32,000 bases of DNA from Promethearchaeia archaeon (GTDB lineage Archaea > Asgardarchaeota > Lokiarchaeia > Sigyniarchaeales > SOKP01), in the NCBI GenBank assembly GCA_046497275.1, contig JAWOFX010000106.1, positions 93-32,092 on the forward strand, in the 5' to 3' direction. This document shows positions 26,987-32,000 of this stretch, piece by piece. Positions within the stretch are counted from its first letter, which is position 1, and the number at the start of each line of letters is the position of its first letter. Made by a program: the position numbers and the translations under genes. Below the pieces are notes generated by a model that made no database searches, was not told the DNA's origin, and worked only from the letters and a program-made list of their open reading frames with translations.

Positions 26987-28548
26987 TAAATTTTGATTAT
27001 ATTTAAATTTTCAATAGGGCGTTTCAACTCTAAATTTGAAATAAGAAATTGTACTTTTATATCTGAAAAAATCTTCTCATGATTTAAAATTGGCAATATT
27101 TTTCTGATTGTACGAAATAGAGAACCTCTTTTATTAAAATTTTCATGTAGGAATAAATTTGAGAAAATTATTTGTTTTATATCAAGACCAATATTAATTG
27201 AAAAAAAGAATACCATAACCACAAAAACTTTTTCAGGAGTGGTTAAATCTTCAAATTTTAAAGAATCCTTTTCGTTCCTTATGAATGCGGTTTGGATAAA
27301 AAATTTTTTTGAATCAAAATCTGTAATTAGAACTAATTTCATCTCCAAATTAATATTAATTAAAAATTTATTCGAAATATTCTCGAAATTTTTTAGGATA
27401 AGCTCAAAATCTCTCAATCTTTCTACAGAGTTCAATATCTTATTTTTATCAATATTGAAAGTTAAATTTTTTTTATTATCAATTAGTTTTTCATAGAACT
27501 GGGATAATTTTTGATCAAAAGGCTCTAAATCCTGCATATTCTCACCGCTAATATTATTATTCTTAATTGTGTTGATTTCTCTCTCGGTTTGATTTAATTC
27601 CTTTTTTATTTGTTCATAATCTCGAATATTATTAAATTCATTCATATCATATTGAGGAGTCGATTCTTTTATCTTATGCTCTAATAAATCTTTGATTTCA
27701 TCTTGTTGTTGCTTGATTTGATTTTCTTGTCGTTGAATTGTAGATTTTAAAGCACCAAAATCTTTTTTATATGATTTAAATTTCGGTTGTATTTCATATA
27801 ATTTATTTTTAGCTTCATTAAGTTTAGATTCAATTTGTCTTGATTTATAATGGATATCCTTTGCGTCACTTCTTAAGTTTTTAATTTTTTCTGCATTGGA
27901 GAGTTCAGAGAGATCTGGCAATTTTTTTTTATTTTCAGGATGTTCCATATCTCTAGTGATTCTATTTATTTCACTAAATTTTTCTTTTCTCTCTTTTTTT
28001 AATTTTTTAATCTTCTCATTTAAATTATTAATTCTATCATGAATCTGCTTTCTTTTGTTTTTTATTTCGAAGTAATCTTCTTTCAGATATTCTAGTTCTT
28101 TTCTATTTTTTTTAACTTGATTATTTAGATTTTTAAGTAAATTAGTTTTTGTAGACAATAGGTTTGATTTTTCTTTGATTTTGGAAAGTTTCAATTCATT
28201 AGATAAAGAATCTTTTCTCTTTAATGCTAAATTATATTGCATGTGATTGAATAAGGAATCGAGAATCTCGACATAATTATTGATTAAACAAACATTTTCA
28301 GCAGAAACTCTCCGATAAACATCTAAATACTCAATTATTTTATTTAATTTTTCGAATTTCTTTGTAGTAATATCTATTCTTTTAAAATATTTTAATAATT
28401 TCTTAAAAGGATTTAGATTTAAATCTTCCAATTCTTTGAATATAAAATTCTTTTTATATTTCCGCAGGTCTTTTTCCTCAAAATCTCCCACTATTAAGTT
28501 ATATTGTTCCTTTAGTGGAATCTTTTTATTTCCTATTGATATCTCCAT
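26986..28548 (-). CDS. SMC/Rad50-like coiled-coil protein with degenerate ATPase head
   Basis: N-terminal KIPLKEQYNLIVGDFEEK (Walker A position), about 260 aa of coiled coil, C-terminal FEDLTTPEKVFVVMVFFFSI...QIIFSN...VQFLISN (signature, Walker B and H-loop positions). Confidence 0.7.
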   Translation of the reverse strand: MEISIGNKKIPLKEQYNLIVGDFEEKDLRKYKKNFIFKELEDLNLNPFKKLLKYFKRIDITTKKFEKLNKIIEYLDVYRRVSAENVCLINNYVEILDSLFNHMQYNLALKRKDSLSNELKLSKIKEKSNLLSTKTNLLKNLNNQVKKNRKELEYLKEDYFEIKNKRKQIHDRINNLNEKIKKLKKERKEKFSEINRITRDMEHPENKKKLPDLSELSNAEKIKNLRSDAKDIHYKSRQIESKLNEAKNKLYEIQPKFKSYKKDFGALKSTIQRQENQIKQQQDEIKDLLEHKIKESTPQYDMNEFNNIRDYEQIKKELNQTEREINTIKNNNISGENMQDLEPFDQKLSQFYEKLIDNKKNLTFNIDKNKILNSVERLRDFELILKNFENISNKFLININLEMKLVLITDFDSKKFFIQTAFIRNEKDSLKFEDLTTPEKVFVVMVFFFSINIGLDIKQIIFSNLFLHENFNKRGSLFRTIRKILPILNHEKIFSDIKVQFLISNLELKRPIENLNIIKI

Positions 28549-28563
28549 AATGTGTCACTAATT

Positions 28564-29610
28564 TTATTGGTCTTTTGATTTGTTATCTTTAAATTTTTTC
28601 AGAAATTCTTTATATTCTTCCGTCTTCTTCTTTTTTCTATCTCTTATAATATTTTTAGGATCTAATGAATCATCTTTTTGGATTAAATATTTATCTTCAA
28701 AAGAATTTTCGAATTTAGATTTGAACTTTTTAATTTTCTGCTCAACATCTTCCCCTATTTCTTTCTTTATTTCAGGTTTTTGAGCTATTTCTGAAAGATT
28801 CTCTCTTTTTTGTTTACGACGTCTGCGCTCAAATTCCTTATCTGAATATTTTAAATATTCCTTATATAATTTATTCTGTTCCTCTTGTTTTCTTTTTAAA
28901 TCTTCTAACATACCTTTTTCTTTAGCTTTTTGGATAGATTCAGTCTTTTCTTTTAATTTTTTTTTAATTCGTTCTTCTTCAAGCTCTCTAATAAAACTAT
29001 CAAAAGTTAATTGAGGATTCTCTCGAAATGCTTCTTTAAACTCCTCTAAAACAGATTTATCGATATAATCGGGAATTTTGATAAGTTCTTTTTCTAATTT
29101 ATTATCGATTATTTTGTTATAAAAAATATTAATATCGTCTAAAATAGAGATGAATAGGGAATTATCCTCAAGATAATCAGTCATTTCTAACCATTGATCT
29201 AGTTTAATGGATGAAATATAAGAAGCTTTTTTAAGAATCTTTGCGGTATCTTTATTTTCAATTAATGAGAGCCCTATTTTTCTAATATGTGATGGATTGA
29301 CTTCTAATTGCTTTAAACGATTTATATGGATTAGTTTATATTTTTCAATCAAAATGTCTTGAAATTCAATAAATGACTCGAGATTGTTTTGATTTATTTC
29401 GATTAAAATATCATTAATTAATTCTATTTGTTTTTTGAGACTCCTTAATTGGGGCTTAGCGTCCTTATGGGCGGATTCCTCAAGATATCGCTCTTTTAAT
29501 TGAATAAACTCATTATATTTTGATTCGAGAACATTTAATTTTCCCTCGAGGATATTTAATGGATTAAAAAAACTTTTTATTTGCTGCAGATTAAATGGTT
29601 TATTCTCCAA
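28564..29610 (-). CDS. Helical hypothetical protein with highly charged C-terminal coiled coil
   Basis: 348-aa ORF with TTG start, tight spacing (15 and 31 nt) in the minus-strand cluster, K/E/R-rich C-terminal third. Confidence 0.8.
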   Translation of the reverse strand: MENKPFNLQQIKSFFNPLNILEGKLNVLESKYNEFIQLKERYLEESAHKDAKPQLRSLKKQIELINDILIEINQNNLESFIEFQDILIEKYKLIHINRLKQLEVNPSHIRKIGLSLIENKDTAKILKKASYISSIKLDQWLEMTDYLEDNSLFISILDDINIFYNKIIDNKLEKELIKIPDYIDKSVLEEFKEAFRENPQLTFDSFIRELEEERIKKKLKEKTESIQKAKEKGMLEDLKRKQEEQNKLYKEYLKYSDKEFERRRRKQKRENLSEIAQKPEIKKEIGEDVEQKIKKFKSKFENSFEDKYLIQKDDSLDPKNIIRDRKKKKTEEYKEFLKKFKDNKSKDQ

Positions 29611-29641
29611 TCAAATCAGCTCTATTTTTTTTGATTAATAT

Positions 29642-30724
29642 TTATATTTCAGGAGGTCCTGAAGTAGGAGGTCTACTTGCTCTATATTTTTCTTTATTTC
29701 CCGAATTTCGTTTGGAATGACTAAGGAGATCTTGCCGTTCTACATGAACAGCAGTTCCCCCTACTAATTTTAATGAGTTATAAAAAATATCATAGGTCAA
29801 TACTCCCGTTTGAATAACCTTAAAAAGTGCTACTCTAGTCCCTCGTTCAATATCAGACCCTGAATATCCAACTGTTAATTTTAGAAAGGCACCTATTTCT
29901 AAATCTTTCTCAACTTCATTCCATAATAGATTATCTTCAAATTCAGATACTTTTCTTCCTAATTTGGTTTCTAAATTTTTATGAATTTTCTTTATAGCCT
30001 TATATTCTTGATCAAGCTTTTTGTATATTGTGTCATCAATTCCAATGTTGGCATTTGAAATTTTATTAAGATAAGATTCAATAATTTCTTTCCTTAATTC
30101 ATAATTTGGAAAATCAAATTTAAGATGAAAGGTAAATCTTCTCCAAATTGCAGAATCTAATTGATGTTGATGATTAGTTGCTCCAAAAATGGCCAATGGA
30201 ATACCCTCATAATTTACCTTATCAATAACTTGCAAAAAAGAGATCACTGCTCGTTTTATCTCTCCTACTTCATGAATATTTGATCTCTCAGAACCTATTG
30301 CATCAATCTCATCAAAGAATAGGATGAAAGCATCGTTTTCCCTCGCGATGTCGGCTGCTAATTCCACCACATTTCTTATATTTTTTATTGTATCACCTAA
30401 TAAAGGGGAAACTAGTCTATCTGATTCCACAACGCACATTGGAATTTCATATGTTTTAGAGTAAGCACGTGTTAGGGAGGTTTTTCCTGTTCCTGGTGGA
30501 CCATATAAAAGTACAGTTAAACTTGGTGATAATTTGGTTTTTTTAAGTTGTTCTGAAATATCTTTATACTTTTTAAGTCCCTTAAAAAAATCGTCTAAAC
30601 GTTCCTTTTTAGACTCATTTCCTTTAATATCATCAATATCCTCCTTGATATCTTCTGGTAAATAAACAGCTCCATATTTTCCCAATCGTTCTTTGATTTC
30701 TTCATTGCTATATGTAATTTCAAT
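29642..30724 (-). CDS. Single-module classical-clade AAA ATPase
   Basis: Walker A LLYGPPGTGKT, Walker B FILFFDEIDAIG, SRH ATNHQHQLDSAIWRRF. The frame is open upstream of the track's TTG (30685) to ATT at 30724. Confidence 0.92.
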   Translation of the reverse strand: MEITYSNEEIKERLGKYGAVYLPEDIKEDIDDIKGNESKKERLDDFFKGLKKYKDISEQLKKTKLSPSLTVLLYGPPGTGKTSLTRAYSKTYEIPMCVVESDRLVSPLLGDTIKNIRNVVELAADIARENDAFILFFDEIDAIGSERSNIHEVGEIKRAVISFLQVIDKVNYEGIPLAIFGATNHQHQLDSAIWRRFTFHLKFDFPNYELRKEIIESYLNKISNANIGIDDTIYKKLDQEYKAIKKIHKNLETKLGRKVSEFEDNLLWNEVEKDLEIGAFLKLTVGYSGSDIERGTRVALFKVIQTGVLTYDIFYNSLKLVGGTAVHVERQDLLSHSKRNSGNKEKYRASRPPTSGPPEI

Positions 30725-30742
30725 TCAACCCTTTTTTATATT

Positions 30743-32000
30743 TTATTTATTATTTCTTTCCTTTTCAATTTTCTCACAATATATTCCTACACTTTCAATC
30801 AAGCTTTCTAAATTATCAATCTGAGCTCCAATAAAATTAAAAATTTCTTTCCTATACTGTGGAGAATCTCGAATTTTTGTTTTATCCAAACCAAGATAAT
30901 TTGGAAAACAGATTAATTTCATTAAATATGGTAAAACTTTTTCATTTGTTTGAAGATCATTGAATATTGAATAAAAGATATTCTCATCAGTGAGCTTCCA
31001 TTTCAAAATACCCATATAGACTAAAAAAGCAAAATTCATAGCAATCCAGTTTATTAATTCTTTAGATAAGAAGCCTCTTCTCCTTGACGCAAATGCTAAG
31101 TAAAAGAGTATTAATGTCTCATTGCTAAATTGAGGTATATATCGAACCGTTCCATCTGATTGTTTAGTTTTTCTCAGAAAATTGTTTTCTAAAAAAAGAT
31201 CAATAGTCCTTTCTTGAGGAGCTAAAAAAATACCATCTATGACTCTAAGTCCTATTCTTTCTGCGATGTTATTGATAGCTTCCTCTTCTGCATTGGCAAT
31301 GGAGTCAATATATGGTAAAAACACATCTTTTATCAATACCATGGGTATTTCTTGATCTTTTCGTTCCGGAAAATTCCCATAATTCGGATCTAAATTAAAA
31401 AATGATGTGATGTTATTAATTAATTGATAAACCTTAGGAGAAATACCAGGAATTGTAAAGAAATCTGGATGTTCTAAGTCTTCCCTATAATAAGTGTGTA
31501 CTCTTAATAGATGTCTTTGAGATTCATAGAAATCAGGTGCATGTTCCAGTAACCGCTCATAGATGATTTTTATACTTGATCCCCTCGGAAATAAGATCCC
31601 TTCAATATATTTTACTAATCGATATAAGTAAGTATTATCTAAATTTCTTTCATCCGGATTAGTAATATTCCTCAGGATTGTTAAAGCTTGAACTGATTCT
31701 TGAAGAAAATCAATAATATAATCTTTGATATCAATTAAAGGGATCCGATCTCTATATTTGGTGATAAAATCTTTCATAATTTCATATACATTTGAACGAT
31801 ACATTGCAGAGAATTCCGTTAAGGCACGCACTTTCCGAACATTTCTTTTTTCCTCTTCTTGTCGTATTTTATCTAATATTTCTGTATCATAAAGGAGGTC
31901 TGGATCAAGATTCTCAATAATTCTCCTAGTTTCTCGTAATATTGGCTTCATATGACTAATGAAAGTCTGATAACGGGGCAAAATATCTGTCCATTTTTCT
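30743..32000 (-). CDS. Conserved-looking hypothetical protein, 5'-partial (runs off the window edge)
   Basis: The frame stays open upstream of the track's TTG 31981 (E-K-W-T-D-I-L-P-R-Y) to the window end; 412+ aa, mostly helical. Confidence 0.85.
   Translation of the reverse strand, partial: EKWTDILPRYQTFISHMKPILRETRRIIENLDPDLLYDTEILDKIRQEEEKRNVRKVRALTEFSAMYRSNVYEIMKDFITKYRDRIPLIDIKDYIIDFLQESVQALTILRNITNPDERNLDNTYLYRLVKYIEGILFPRGSSIKIIYERLLEHAPDFYESQRHLLRVHTYYREDLEHPDFFTIPGISPKVYQLINNITSFFNLDPNYGNFPERKDQEIPMVLIKDVFLPYIDSIANAEEEAINNIAERIGLRVIDGIFLAPQERTIDLFLENNFLRKTKQSDGTVRYIPQFSNETLILFYLAFASRRRGFLSKELINWIAMNFAFLVYMGILKWKLTDENIFYSIFNDLQTNEKVLPYLMKLICFPNYLGLDKTKIRDSPQYRKEIFNFIGAQIDNLESLIESVGIYCEKIEKERNNK

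Noticed and set aside
23746-28783. ORFs 23746..23937, 24294..24506, 24769..25005, 25290..25559, 25662..25925, 27239..27496, 28580..28783
   Set aside because: Antisense or out-of-frame overlaps of longer supported genes.
28564-29610. 348-aa protein as the kleisin of the SMC-like cluster
   Set aside because: No recognisable C-terminal winged helix; the C-terminus is low-complexity and charged. A divergent kleisin is not excluded but is unsupported.
29642-30724. Calling the AAA ATPase Vps4/CdvC, PAN or Cdc48
   Set aside because: No MIT domain, no PAN coiled-coil/OB domain, only one AAA module, and no ESCRT-III gene nearby.
1-32000. CRISPR arrays, tRNA/rRNA genes, IS elements
   Set aside because: I saw no repeat-spacer periodicity, GC-rich cloverleaf or rRNA-like segments, transposase ORFs or terminal inverted repeats. 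The DUF6293 CARF-like gene has no cas neighbours.

Overview
AT-rich (roughly 30% GC by eye) archaeal DNA, most likely Asgard/Lokiarchaeia. The evidence is gatDE, an archaeal-type MAT, Nop5 plus fibrillarin, SmAP3, and an LRR protein with a Loki-type N-terminus. Most of the window is housekeeping (uL2, gatD/gatE, Elp3, pyrK/pyrD, nop5/flpA, rnhB, mat, hypB). I found no tRNA, rRNA, CRISPR array or transposase. Main discovery: the RNase HII gene looks truncated in the ORF track, but it is intact apart from a 31-nt insertion (15911-15941, minus strand) inside the catalytic DEAGR/GP motif. The insertion folds into a near-canonical bulge-helix-bulge (BHB) motif whose predicted cleavage sites match exactly the boundaries needed to restore the frame. 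It is therefore a candidate endonuclease-spliced intron in a protein-coding mRNA. Other notable items: (1) a five-gene minus-strand cluster with an AAA ATPase, an apparently ATPase-dead, hinge-less SMC-like protein and a KITE-like tandem winged-helix protein; (2) two tandem AN1-zinc-finger membrane protease fusions, one an intact M50 and one a catalytically dead rhomboid; (3) three TM-TM-LbH modules split over two genes, resembling the Pls C-terminus; (4) a LITAF-like microprotein; (5) an unannotated 42-aa ORF; (6) a triplicated pyrD start. Family assignments come from motif recognition only; no database searches were run.
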